Shown here: one piece after another, positions 16,864-26,127 of the stretch
How positions within the stretch are numbered: position 1 is the stretch's first letter
How the letters are laid out: each line of letters starts with the position of its first letter
DNA from: a virus
Taxonomy: Duplodnaviria > Heunggongvirae > Uroviricota > Caudoviricetes
IMG/VR virus record: IMGVR_UViG_3300024303_000028
Coordinates: 1-44,612 of that record
Strand: one strand, 5' to 3'
Length of the DNA: 44,612 bases
Translations under genes and position numbers: made by a program
The notes under the pieces: model-generated
What the model was told of the DNA's origin: nothing
What the model saw: only the letters and a program-made list of their open reading frames with translations
Database searches by the model: none

Positions 16864-18423
16864 ATGCGTGAGAAGAAATCAATGGTTTATGCCGCGTCCG
16901 TAAGTGATCTCACCGATATGAATCAGTCTTTTTCTAAGGGCAAGATGAGTATTGCGTACCCAGGGCGTAATCCAAACGGCTCCCATATTTCCAAGGATGC
17001 GTTTTCCGCGAGTATCCCGACGATTTTTAATCGTCCGATTGTCGCCCATTACATCAGAGAGACCGACAGCATCGGCGGCCATGATATGGGGTTTGAGAAA
17101 ACTGATAATGGTTTGTTCATGTACAACGTGACAGAGCCTGTTGGCGTTGTCCCTGAAAGCGCGAATGTCTGGTGGGAATTGATCGAAGATCCCGATGGTG
17201 TTGAGCGCGAGTACCTGTGTTGCGACATTATTGTTTGGAAAAGACAACAAGCGTACGCACATCTTGCAGAAAATCATATCACAGACCAATCCATGGAGAT
17301 CGAGGTGTTGAGTCGTCATTACGATGAGAATGGCGAGATGCATATCGATCTTTTCGAATTCACCGCATTCTGCCTGCTTGAAAGAGACCGCCCTTGCTTT
17401 CCATCAGCTGGTATTGAACTGTTTGCTTCGGACAATTGTCGAGAGCAGTTCTCTCAAATGATGGAAGATTTCCGCAAGGAATTCTCTCTGGTCATGACTG
17501 CTTCGGCAGATGACATAGACAATCAACTTTTCTCGAAAGGAGGAAATCGCGAAATGAATATCGAGGAATTGATGACTCAGTATGGTTTGTCTGCCGAAGA
17601 CGTCACCTTCGATACTGAAGGTATGGAACAGGCTGAGATCGAGCTGCGTTTCGCAGAGTTGCGAGATGCGAAGCTGATTATTGAGCCTGAGGCAGAGCAG
17701 CCTTCCGAGCCCGAAACCGAGCCAGAAGCCCCTGAAGCTCCGCAAACCGAAGAGCCTGAGCAGCAGCAGTTTTCTTTGACTGTTGAACAGTTTATGTCCG
17801 AGCTCTACGGTGCGCTGGGTGCCGATCGCATGGATGACCCGTGGTTTGGTGGTACGATGCCGCGCTACTGGTATGTGGATTGCGATATGTCATCCAGCAT
17901 GGTCTATGCTTATGACGGTATGGATGACAAGTTGTATGGCTATCCCTATGCGATGAACGGTGACAATGTTGTTATTGACTTCGCCGCCGGCAAGCGTATG
18001 AAGTTCCAGTATGTCGAGTTTGACGAGGGCGCATCAGACACTATGGTGTTTGCGTGTATGCGCGATATGCGCGATGCGTGCAAGCAGAAGTTTGATGCTT
18101 TGTCTGCCGTCAACGCCGGTTTGGAACAGTTCAAGGCTACGGCCATGCGCGAAAAGCTGGAAGCGGAGCAGCAGCAGGTCTTTGCTGCTTTCACCGATCT
18201 AGCTGGCAACGAGCGCTTTGACGCTCTACGCTCTAACTGCGGTGATATGACCGCCGATGAGCTGGAGGAGAAGTGCTTCGCTATTCGTGGTCGCATGAAC
18301 ACTCAGAAGTTCTCAGCGGCCAACAGTCCCGAATCTATTCGGTTGCCTATCGAAGGATTGAAGGCACCGACCACCGATGAACCCTACGGCGGCATTTTTG
18401 CCGAGTACGGCATCGGACAGTAA
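16864..18423 (+). CDS. Prohead protease/scaffold fusion (YonD-like)
   Basis: Lies between portal and capsid genes; protease-like N-half (QSMEI, FTAFCLL) and acidic coiled-coil C-half; internal SD+ATG at 17554. Confidence 0.75.
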   Translation: MREKKSMVYAASVSDLTDMNQSFSKGKMSIAYPGRNPNGSHISKDAFSASIPTIFNRPIVAHYIRETDSIGGHDMGFEKTDNGLFMYNVTEPVGVVPESANVWWELIEDPDGVEREYLCCDIIVWKRQQAYAHLAENHITDQSMEIEVLSRHYDENGEMHIDLFEFTAFCLLERDRPCFPSAGIELFASDNCREQFSQMMEDFRKEFSLVMTASADDIDNQLFSKGGNREMNIEELMTQYGLSAEDVTFDTEGMEQAEIELRFAELRDAKLIIEPEAEQPSEPETEPEAPEAPQTEEPEQQQFSLTVEQFMSELYGALGADRMDDPWFGGTMPRYWYVDCDMSSSMVYAYDGMDDKLYGYPYAMNGDNVVIDFAAGKRMKFQYVEFDEGASDTMVFACMRDMRDACKQKFDALSAVNAGLEQFKATAMREKLEAEQQQVFAAFTDLAGNERFDALRSNCGDMTADELEEKCFAIRGRMNTQKFSAANSPESIRLPIEGLKAPTTDEPYGGIFAEYGIGQ

Positions 18424-18445
18424 CAACAAATGGAGGTAATTGATT

Positions 18446-18955
18446 ATGCCTAATACCAAGCATGCTGTGATCCGTACGGATCTGATGACCGGCACCGATG
18501 TGGCTGCCGACCTGCGCTCTGTTCGCTATCTGAAGGATGGCTCTACCCCTACCGAGATTGACAATGGTTGCATTGTTAAGCTGGAAGGTCTGTTGGAAGG
18601 TGAGCGCGAGATTTATAAGGGTGTGACCCCTGCTGCGTCTGACAAGAAGAAGGATCTGGTTGTAATTGCTACTCCCGAAGTGATGTATGACGAGCGCAAG
18701 AAGGGCCTGGTCAACTTCTACAATGAGGCTGGCCGTAATTGCCGTGGCTATATCATGCACGAGAATGACATCTTCTCCGTGACCGCTGAAGCCCTGACTG
18801 GCGATCCCAAGGTTGGCGCCATCGTTGAGGCCGCTGCGTCTGTGAAGATGAACGCCGTCTCCGTCGCTTCTGAAGATACTACCAAGATCGGTGAAATCAT
18901 CGCTGTTGAGGCCGCTGGTGCGCTGACCTACTACGTGATCCGCGTCTGCGACTAA
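18446..18955 (+). CDS. Putative capsid decoration protein (YonC-like)
   Basis: ~170 aa between scaffold and capsid genes; strongly biased codon usage; SD GGAGG. Confidence 0.6.
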   Translation: MPNTKHAVIRTDLMTGTDVAADLRSVRYLKDGSTPTEIDNGCIVKLEGLLEGEREIYKGVTPAASDKKKDLVVIATPEVMYDERKKGLVNFYNEAGRNCRGYIMHENDIFSVTAEALTGDPKVGAIVEAAASVKMNAVSVASEDTTKIGEIIAVEAAGALTYYVIRVCD

Positions 18956-18988
18956 TCACACAACGAGTAACTTAGGAGGTACATAACA

Positions 18989-20002
18989 ATGGCTGATATG
19001 AATCAGATCGTCCGGGTTGCCGTCGACGCCTTCCATGGCAAGGTAACCAAGTATTCCCACGATGACTCTATGGAACTGCTGCGCACTGCGCTGGTTGAGG
19101 CCAATGGCGGTTCTACCCGTATTGACTATAAGGCCGTCCGTGATGGCAAGTGCGGTGAGGTTTTTGCTCTGGTTGAGGAAATCCTGCAACGTACCGTTTA
19201 TGAGGGGCTGCGCGACAATGACTTCTTCATGCAGCTGGTCGATGAGCGTAATATTGCCGCCGGCGATCAGAACGTGTTCGAAATCGTGGACAGCAACTTG
19301 TTCACCGTGGCCGACGCCGCTGACGGTACTCAGGGCGTTCGTCGCCAGCGCCTGGATGGCTCTACCACTGTGACCATCAACACCAGCTTCAAGGTGGTTC
19401 GTATTTATGAGGAGCTGAACCGCGTCCTGTCTGGTCTGGTGGATTTCAACCACTTCATCAATAAGGTGGCTGAGTCCATGAAGGCTAAGTTGCTGAACGA
19501 CATCTACACTCTGTGGACCGGCGTGACCGCCGAGGACATCGGTGGCGCTGCTTACTTCCCCGCCGCTGGTGCTTACGACGAGAAGACCCTGCTGGAGACC
19601 ATTGAGCACGTCGAGGCTGCCGCTAACGGCAAGTCCGCTGTGATTCTGGGCACCAAGACCGCCCTGCGCAACCTGGTTCCCGCCGTGCAGAGCAACGGTT
19701 CTCGTGATGACCTGTACAACATGGGCTACTACGGCAAGTTCTATGGCACTAACGTGGTCGTACTGCCTCAGCGTCATAAGGTGAACTCCACTGAGTTCCA
19801 GTATGACAATGACACCCTGACCATTCTGGCTGGCGACAACAAGCCGATTAAGCTGGTTCGCGAGGGCGAGTCCATCATCATCCCCGGCAATCCCCTGGAC
19901 AACCGCGACATGACTCAGGAATACATGTACGGCGAGAAGTACGGCCTGGGTCTGGTCATGGCCAGCAACACCGGTATTGGTCGCTACAAGTTCGCGGCCT
20001 AA
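18989..20002 (+). CDS. Major capsid protein (YonB-like)
   Basis: 337 aa, strong codon bias, SD AGGAGG, synteny. Confidence 0.8.
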   Translation: MADMNQIVRVAVDAFHGKVTKYSHDDSMELLRTALVEANGGSTRIDYKAVRDGKCGEVFALVEEILQRTVYEGLRDNDFFMQLVDERNIAAGDQNVFEIVDSNLFTVADAADGTQGVRRQRLDGSTTVTINTSFKVVRIYEELNRVLSGLVDFNHFINKVAESMKAKLLNDIYTLWTGVTAEDIGGAAYFPAAGAYDEKTLLETIEHVEAAANGKSAVILGTKTALRNLVPAVQSNGSRDDLYNMGYYGKFYGTNVVVLPQRHKVNSTEFQYDNDTLTILAGDNKPIKLVREGESIIIPGNPLDNRDMTQEYMYGEKYGLGLVMASNTGIGRYKFAA

Positions 20003-20030
20003 TTGTCGGTAGAACGAAAGGAAGTACACT

Positions 20031-20651
20031 ATGACACAGATTAACGAAACTGCTGAAGTCGTGCAAAAGAAGACTTCTGGCAGGAAGAAGAATACGTCTG
20101 CTCAGAAGCAAGCAGGCACGCCGGGTGAGATCCCGGTCGTGCCTGCTGCCGAGGCGGTAGTTCAGAAAATTGACACAGTTCCCGCGATTCGCAAGGAGTT
20201 CAAGCCTGAGGACTACGTAACGGTACGAAACGGCTTCAATGGTAAGCTTGTTTATCGCAGCCGCAACACCAACGAAGTCTTTATTTGGGATGGTCTTGGT
20301 GCAGAGCAGGAGATGGAGTTGCGCGAGTTGAAGCATGCACGCAATGCTTCTCGAGCATATTTCGCGAACAACTGGTTCATGTTTGATGATCCGGCTGTCC
20401 CGGACTGGCTAGGCGTTGGCATGTATTATAAGACCGCTCTCGCCGTTGATGAGATCGATGCTCTGTTTGAGATGTCTCCCGTCGAGATCGAAAACACGTT
20501 GCGTACACTGCCAGCTGGGCAAAAGGAGACTATTGCGAATCGTGCAAAGGAACTGGTTCGTGCGGGCGAAAAGATTGACTCTGTGCGCGTGATTCATGCG
20601 CTCGAGCGCGGCCTTGGTATTACTTTGAGTATTGCGCCGTCCGGCCGATAA
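20031..20651 (+). CDS. Hypothetical virion protein (YonA-like position)
   Basis: SD AAAGGA; synteny after the capsid gene. Confidence 0.55.
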   Translation: MTQINETAEVVQKKTSGRKKNTSAQKQAGTPGEIPVVPAAEAVVQKIDTVPAIRKEFKPEDYVTVRNGFNGKLVYRSRNTNEVFIWDGLGAEQEMELRELKHARNASRAYFANNWFMFDDPAVPDWLGVGMYYKTALAVDEIDALFEMSPVEIENTLRTLPAGQKETIANRAKELVRAGEKIDSVRVIHALERGLGITLSIAPSGR

Positions 20652-20662
20652 GGAGGGATATC

Positions 20663-21124
20663 ATGGTTGTAACGTACGATGTTTTTACCAGTGTCTTTCT
20701 TGCAAAGCTTACTGAGTACGACTTCATTCGTATGAAGGAACCGATGCGTCAAGAGTTGGTTGATGGTTATATGAAACGAGCCTGTGCCAAGTTTAGCGAG
20801 GTATGCGAATACGACATCGCCAATGGAGACGACGATGCACGTGCGTTTATTCTCGAAAAGGACGGAGTAAGTATCACCCCGTCAGAATTGGATGAGATTG
20901 TTGATATCATCAGTCTTGGTATGCTTGTTCAATGGTTTACACAGCAGTATTACAATCAGGAGAATATGAAGAATATGTTGAACACAACGGACTTCAGTCA
21001 TTATTCGCCTTCTGAATTGCTGTATAGGATGACAAGTGCATTTGAAATGTGCAAGAGTGACTTCGAGCACGCCATTCGAGAATACTCGTATCGACATGGT
21101 GATCTGACGTCACTTCATATGTAA
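20663..21124 (+). CDS. Putative head-tail adaptor/neck protein
   Basis: 153-aa helical protein; SD AGGAGG; synteny. Confidence 0.55.
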   Translation: MVVTYDVFTSVFLAKLTEYDFIRMKEPMRQELVDGYMKRACAKFSEVCEYDIANGDDDARAFILEKDGVSITPSELDEIVDIISLGMLVQWFTQQYYNQENMKNMLNTTDFSHYSPSELLYRMTSAFEMCKSDFEHAIREYSYRHGDLTSLHM

Positions 21125-21132
21125 GGGTTGTT

Positions 21133-21444
21133 ATGGCAGAATCGATTTCAAGCACTGGCATGTATCAATATATACATAGTCTGGTAGGTCGTTTTTACAA
21201 GATACTCCCTTTATGTGAGAGTCGTTCCGATACCTTGGACAAGTATATGAAAAGTCTCCTGCGAGAAATGATTGGATGTGAATGTCTGTCTGATTCTTTG
21301 AAGAACGACGATAGGTTTGTTTCGCTTTTAGCGATTTTGCAATCACTCATTTCTGATCATAGCGATATTGGTGTAGTCAAGACCGATGTATTCCGTGCGA
21401 TTAACATTCTAACACAACTTGAGAGAAAGTATCTGGAGGTGTGA
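21133..21444 (+). CDS. Hypothetical neck-region protein (103 aa)
   Basis: Open frame coupled to its neighbours. Confidence 0.6.
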   Translation: MAESISSTGMYQYIHSLVGRFYKILPLCESRSDTLDKYMKSLLREMIGCECLSDSLKNDDRFVSLLAILQSLISDHSDIGVVKTDVFRAINILTQLERKYLEV

Positions 21445-21446
21445 GA

Positions 21447-22229
21447 ATGAATGGATGGGATATATATGAGTCAAGAATGGTAGAAAACCGCCAAGCGTGG
21501 TTAGACCATGCCAAAGGAACGATCCATCGAAAACTGCATTCTTCTTTATCGTGTAAGGATGTTAAGATCGACGGTGAAGATCGTACGGTCGCGATCATTC
21601 GGCGGTCTCAATATGACGAGCGGCGAATTTGCTCTTTGCCTGGAGAAACACTACATCATGGAGGCTTAGTCGAATACGCTGGGTGCGTATGGCTGATTAC
21701 CGAAATTGATGTTGATGATGAGGTATACCAGCGTGGTATTATGCGCCGCTGTAACCATCTGCTCAAGTGGATCGGTAAAGACGGTACTCTTCGTGAGAAG
21801 TGGTGTATTGTCGAGGATGGTACGAAATATTTGATTGGCGAAAAGGTTGTTTCTCTTATGAGTGTTGGCGATTCACGCATTGCTATCACTATTGGGAAAG
21901 ATCCTGAAACAATCGAACTTGGTCGTGGACATCGGTTCCTTATTGACGACAATATGGTCGGCGTCCCCTCTGCGTACCAGATCACAAAAGCCAATCGTTT
22001 TTTTGATACCACAAATAGCAACGGTGTTTTTAGATTTATTTTGACTGAAGTCGCATTGACTCATCACGATAATATCGAACAGCGTATTGCAGACTATACA
22101 GCATGGACGCCAGATAAAACGCTCGATAGTGATCATATTGACAGCGAATCCACCATTGTTGAGATTGTTCAGGCGGCACAAAACAATGCTGCTGTAGAAG
22201 ACGATGATAACAAAAAGGGGTGGTTGTAA
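21447..22229 (+). CDS. Putative head-closure/neck protein
   Basis: SD GGAGG 21435-21439; beta-rich sequence; synteny. Confidence 0.5.
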   Translation: MNGWDIYESRMVENRQAWLDHAKGTIHRKLHSSLSCKDVKIDGEDRTVAIIRRSQYDERRICSLPGETLHHGGLVEYAGCVWLITEIDVDDEVYQRGIMRRCNHLLKWIGKDGTLREKWCIVEDGTKYLIGEKVVSLMSVGDSRIAITIGKDPETIELGRGHRFLIDDNMVGVPSAYQITKANRFFDTTNSNGVFRFILTEVALTHHDNIEQRIADYTAWTPDKTLDSDHIDSESTIVEIVQAAQNNAAVEDDDNKKGWL

Positions 22230-22738
22230 TGCATCTTGAAGAGTTATACGACTATAAGAATCAGCTCGTTCGTGATCTTTGCAGCGACCCCGACGTCGTT
22301 CGCATTGTGACTGGCAACCTGAATGCTGATGTGCCAAACCACGATCTTCCGTATACACAAATATTTCCATATGAGTTTTTGCCAGAAACCGTTGATGATG
22401 GGCAAACGTATATCTGCCTTGAAGTTGATATTCCAAGCGTTCCTAATTTGACATACTATCTCCCGGTAGTATATGTTTGGATCTTTACACATAAGAGTCG
22501 GATGCGAATAGAAACAGACCGTGGCGGCGGTGTGCTGGTAGATGAATTGTCGGCGGCAGTTGATAAGAAATTAAATGGTAGCCGATATTATGGACTTGGC
22601 ACACTTGAACTTGACTCATCAATTCATTTCAAACCTGTGAATGATTATCTGGGGCGTGCATTGATTTATCGGGCTAAGGATTTCAACCGTCCGAAGGGTC
22701 GCATAAATGCACCATCTAACCGAAAGAATACTCGGTAA
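22229..22738 (+). CDS. Putative tail completion/terminator protein
   Basis: TAATG overlap; ~169 aa upstream of the tail tube gene. Confidence 0.5.
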   Translation: MHLEELYDYKNQLVRDLCSDPDVVRIVTGNLNADVPNHDLPYTQIFPYEFLPETVDDGQTYICLEVDIPSVPNLTYYLPVVYVWIFTHKSRMRIETDRGGGVLVDELSAAVDKKLNGSRYYGLGTLELDSSIHFKPVNDYLGRALIYRAKDFNRPKGRINAPSNRKNTR

Positions 22739-22740
22739 TC

Positions 22741-23448
22741 ATGGATAACATTCTGTATGCGCATAGCATAAAGATCAACGATTCGATTTGCTTACACGTT
22801 CCTACAGTTGGGGAAATTTATGATAACGAAGATCAGTATTATGCTGCTGTGTTTTCACTTATTGCTACCCCATATGACATGATGGTACAGCTGGAAGATG
22901 CTGGAATTGATTTTACAAAGATCAATGACTTTGAATTATTCATGATGTTATTTAAGCAATTTCAGCAAATGGACATCTCGTTGATTTTCGGAGAACTTGA
23001 CCTATCTGGATTTGTTATAGTTCAGAACGAGTCAAATGGCGAGTATCTCTTACGAGATCTTGAGACTGGTGTCCAGATCGATAGGTCTATTCATGCTTTG
23101 ATTTGTAAGCATATTCGAAAGTTTTTGAATCTTCCGCGCAATGATAAGCGCCCCGGAAATGATGAAGCGCGGCGCTATATGCTAGAACGCGCAAGACTCA
23201 AGCAGAAGAGACAGGCACGGAAAAAGCGTGAGTCTCAGCTTGAGAATTACATTATTGCTCTAGTTAATACAGAGCAGTTCCCCTACAACTACATGACCGT
23301 ACGAGACTTGACTATTTATCAGTTCTATGCCAGCCTGATGCAGATTTCTCACAAAATCAAATTTGATAATGTCATGATTGGCTACTACGCCGGAACTGTG
23401 AAGGATGATAGCTTGAAGGCTCAGGATAAGACATGGATCAAGACGTAA
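22741..23448 (+). CDS. Hypothetical protein, possible tail assembly chaperone
   Basis: C-terminal TVRDLTIYQFYASL resembles chaperone T-type segments; inference only. Confidence 0.45.
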   Translation: MDNILYAHSIKINDSICLHVPTVGEIYDNEDQYYAAVFSLIATPYDMMVQLEDAGIDFTKINDFELFMMLFKQFQQMDISLIFGELDLSGFVIVQNESNGEYLLRDLETGVQIDRSIHALICKHIRKFLNLPRNDKRPGNDEARRYMLERARLKQKRQARKKRESQLENYIIALVNTEQFPYNYMTVRDLTIYQFYASLMQISHKIKFDNVMIGYYAGTVKDDSLKAQDKTWIKT

Positions 23449-23492
23449 CGGCTGTATGAAACTACTTTTTTACATTACAGGAGGTATACATT

Positions 23493-24308
23493 ATGGTTAA
23501 TGTTGCTGATCTCGCGATTACTTCCCTTGATGTTATCAAGGTGTATGAACTGACCGGTAAGCCTTGGTTCGTTATGGACGAGCTGCAGGAGGCTACCATT
23601 GCTAATACCCAGGAGAAGGAAGATATCACCGGTAAGGGTGGCCGTAAGCTGGGTTCCCTGAAGAAGAACAAGGGCGTCACTGTTTCCGGTACTTCTGGTC
23701 TGATTTCTGCTGGTATGCTGGAAGCTCAGACTGGCAACAACTTCGTGCATCAGGAAGCTGCTCCTGTTGCGTGGACTGACTACCTGGTTGTCAACTCCAA
23801 TGCCGCCGAAACTGAGTTCAAGGCTGTCGGTACCGCCGGTGCCGAGATCGAGGGTCTGTACCTGCGCAACGCCGACGGTTCTGCTGGCCAGAAGCTGGAG
23901 CAGGCTGCTGAAGTTGGTGAGGGTAAGTTCACTTACAATCCCGAAGACAAGAAGCTGGCCTTCGCTGAGGGCGCTATTGCCGACGGCAACGAGATTGTTG
24001 TGTTCTACACCCGCAACGTCGAGGCTGATGTGCTGTCTAACGTCTCCGACACCTATTCTAAGACCGTTCGTATGTACATCGACGGCACCGCTGAGGATAA
24101 GTGCGGCAACGTGTTCCACGTGCAGTTCTACATTCCCAAGGCTGATCTGAATGGTGAGTTCGATATTCAGCTGGGCGACAGCCAGGCCACCCACGCTTTC
24201 GAGGCCGAGTCTGTGGCTGGCTCCGGTTGTGCTGGTGCTGGCACTAAGGGCGTGCTGTGGACTTACACCGTCTTTGGTGTGAACACTGAGGACGCTGCGG
24301 CTGCCTAA
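23493..24308 (+). CDS. Major tail (tube) protein
   Basis: 271 aa, capsid-like codon bias, SD AGGAGG, tube-like beta-rich sequence, synteny. Confidence 0.75.
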   Translation: MVNVADLAITSLDVIKVYELTGKPWFVMDELQEATIANTQEKEDITGKGGRKLGSLKKNKGVTVSGTSGLISAGMLEAQTGNNFVHQEAAPVAWTDYLVVNSNAAETEFKAVGTAGAEIEGLYLRNADGSAGQKLEQAAEVGEGKFTYNPEDKKLAFAEGAIADGNEIVVFYTRNVEADVLSNVSDTYSKTVRMYIDGTAEDKCGNVFHVQFYIPKADLNGEFDIQLGDSQATHAFEAESVAGSGCAGAGTKGVLWTYTVFGVNTEDAAAA

Positions 24309-24313
24309 TTCAT

Positions 24314-24484
24314 ATGGCAAAAGCGCAACTGATTTGTAAGGAGTGCGGCAAGAAGTATGAAGCTTGCCGCACTCCTAACCCTCGTGGCGTTTTCCGTTGG
24401 CAGGATGTGGCCTGCAGTATTGAATGTGGCGCAAAGTATCTTGAAAAGATTCAAGCGGCACGCACGAAAAATAACAATCAATAA
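24314..24484 (+). CDS. Small Zn-binding protein (56 aa; CKECG...CRTP...ACSIECG), absent from ORF track
   Basis: Open frame from ATG 24314 to TAA 24484, five Cys; more plausible than the track ORF 24357-24539. Confidence 0.7.
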   Translation: MAKAQLICKECGKKYEACRTPNPRGVFRWQDVACSIECGAKYLEKIQAARTKNNNQ

Positions 24485-24491
24485 CCGTAAG

Positions 24492-24537
24492 GGGAGAGGA
24501 GAATCAACGTTCGCGTTTCTCCCCTCCCTTTCTTTTT
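24492..24537 (+). terminator. Intrinsic terminator after the tail tube and Zn-protein genes
   Basis: GGGAGAGGAGAA ... TTCTCCCCTCCC stem (one mismatch) followed by TTTCTTTTT. Confidence 0.65.
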
Positions 24538-24578
24538 GAGGATGTGGTTTTATCTCGAAACTTACAGAGGAGATAACG

Positions 24579-25004
24579 TTGGTGTTTGACGCCGACACAA
24601 TCACGGCGTATGAGAAGTTTTATTTCTCGCTGCACCCAAGAGCGAAAAAGAAGCCAATTCCATTTCCATATCATGAGTCTATCAACACTTGGATGATTAT
24701 GAAGCGTCCGATGATGAACGCTCTAAAACAACGATGGAAAGATTTCATTGTTTGGTTCGTTTCAAGCCAAGGTTACGCTAACCTACACATTGACAAATGT
24801 GATATGTGCTTTGATACGTACTATAAAACAAACAGACCACACGACGTAGATAACGGGTGTCCAAAGTTCATAATTGATGGGCTCGTTGAAAGCGGGTTAC
24901 TTCTTGATGATAATAATCGTCATCTAAAGTCTTTAACCTTGCGTTGTTATGTTGATCCAGACAGACCAAGGACCGAAATCCATATTAACAATATTGAGTA
25001 TTAA
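24579..25004 (+). CDS. rusA: RusA family Holliday junction resolvase/endonuclease
   Basis: RPHDVDNGCPKFIIDGLVESGLLLDDN matches the RusA D-x-D-N...K...D...DD catalytic pattern; SD GAGGAG plus TTG. Confidence 0.8.
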   Translation: MVFDADTITAYEKFYFSLHPRAKKKPIPFPYHESINTWMIMKRPMMNALKQRWKDFIVWFVSSQGYANLHIDKCDMCFDTYYKTNRPHDVDNGCPKFIIDGLVESGLLLDDNNRHLKSLTLRCYVDPDRPRTEIHINNIEY

Positions 25005-25017
25005 AGGAGAAATGAAT

Positions 25018-25623
25018 ATGAGCAATACCAAGAAGATCAGCTATAAGACCGTTGCTTCTAAGTTGCCTGTCCACCCCGTGACCGCTGTTATGCTTGAGGG
25101 CGATATCTTTGATGGCGCGACGATCCAAGTTAAGTATCGCCTATCTCTCACGGAGATGAATTCATTGATCAGCGACATTGTAAATACGATTATCGACATG
25201 CAGACCGGTGAATACAATCCTGAGTACATGGTTCTGGTCGAACGCATGTTGTTGCTGAAGCATTATGCCGGTATTCAGATCGGTAAAACTGATTTGGGGG
25301 CTGCATATCGCGTATTATTCGAAACCGATCTTTATGCCCAAGCTATGCAGCATGCAGACAATTCACAGGTGGATGAAGTTTTGAATGCTGTATCTGTGCG
25401 AGTCAACTTCCTTAAGGAGATGATCATCGCAACTGCCGGTCATAAGGCGGTTGAATTACTGACTCAAATGGAGCAGCTAATGAACAATGTAGAAAATATG
25501 TCCTCCGACATGAGTGGTGAGCAGATCAGTCGTTTGATTTCTATGCTTGGTGATCTGACAGGTGCAGACGTTCCAGCTGGCGAGGTTGCAGCAGAGCCTG
25601 ACCAAATCATGTTGGCCGCGTAA
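25018..25623 (+). CDS. Hypothetical helical protein in the tail module (possible assembly chaperone)
   Basis: SD AAGGAG 25004-25009 supports ATG 25018 rather than the track start at 24949. Confidence 0.65.
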   Translation: MSNTKKISYKTVASKLPVHPVTAVMLEGDIFDGATIQVKYRLSLTEMNSLISDIVNTIIDMQTGEYNPEYMVLVERMLLLKHYAGIQIGKTDLGAAYRVLFETDLYAQAMQHADNSQVDEVLNAVSVRVNFLKEMIIATAGHKAVELLTQMEQLMNNVENMSSDMSGEQISRLISMLGDLTGADVPAGEVAAEPDQIMLAA

Positions 25624-25625
25624 TC

Positions 25626-26063
25626 ATGGCAAGATCATTTAACAGTTTAGATCAGGTATGCGATGCGGCAATTGATGCTGCCGCTGCCAAAATTATACTA
25701 ATGGATTACGTTGCTCCCGTTGTCGAGGATATTCTCCGCAAACATATTCAGGAAGATGTTTATGGGGCATATTCACCAACACAGTACGTACGCCGCGGTT
25801 CACTTACCGGCACTATTACGAGCAAGATGATCGCCGATAACGAATTGCTTGTTACTGCCACCTCTCAGCCCAATGCCCCTGCGCATGGGTGGGCATCATC
25901 CGGAGAAGGTGCGTTCCTATACATGTTGGAGGTCGGTGATCTTGGCTGGTGGAGAAAAGGGTTTCCAAGACCCGCGATCGCAAATGCGCAAAAGGAAGTT
26001 GATGAAAGTGCGGCCGTTGAACGAGCAAAGAAGGCTGGGATCAAACGAGTGATGAGTAATTGA
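25626..26063 (+). CDS. Putative HK97 gp10-like tail component
   Basis: Y.RRGSL and RP..AN.QKE patterns; position before the TMP. Confidence 0.55.
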   Translation: MARSFNSLDQVCDAAIDAAAAKIILMDYVAPVVEDILRKHIQEDVYGAYSPTQYVRRGSLTGTITSKMIADNELLVTATSQPNAPAHGWASSGEGAFLYMLEVGDLGWWRKGFPRPAIANAQKEVDESAAVERAKKAGIKRVMSN

Positions 26064-26076
26064 ATACTAACGATAT

Positions 26077-26110
26077 GGCGCGGGTCTAATGTGACACCGC
26101 GCCTTTTCTT
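26077..26110 (+). terminator. Terminator-like hairpin upstream of the TMP gene
   Basis: GGCGCGG...CCGCGCC stem followed by TTTTCTT. Confidence 0.55.
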
Positions 26111-26127
26111 ATAAGGACGGTGGATAC

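Noticed and set aside
24552-24578. Possible ATC start extending the RusA gene
   Set aside because: TTG 24579 has a well-spaced GAGGAG SD, so no non-canonical start is needed
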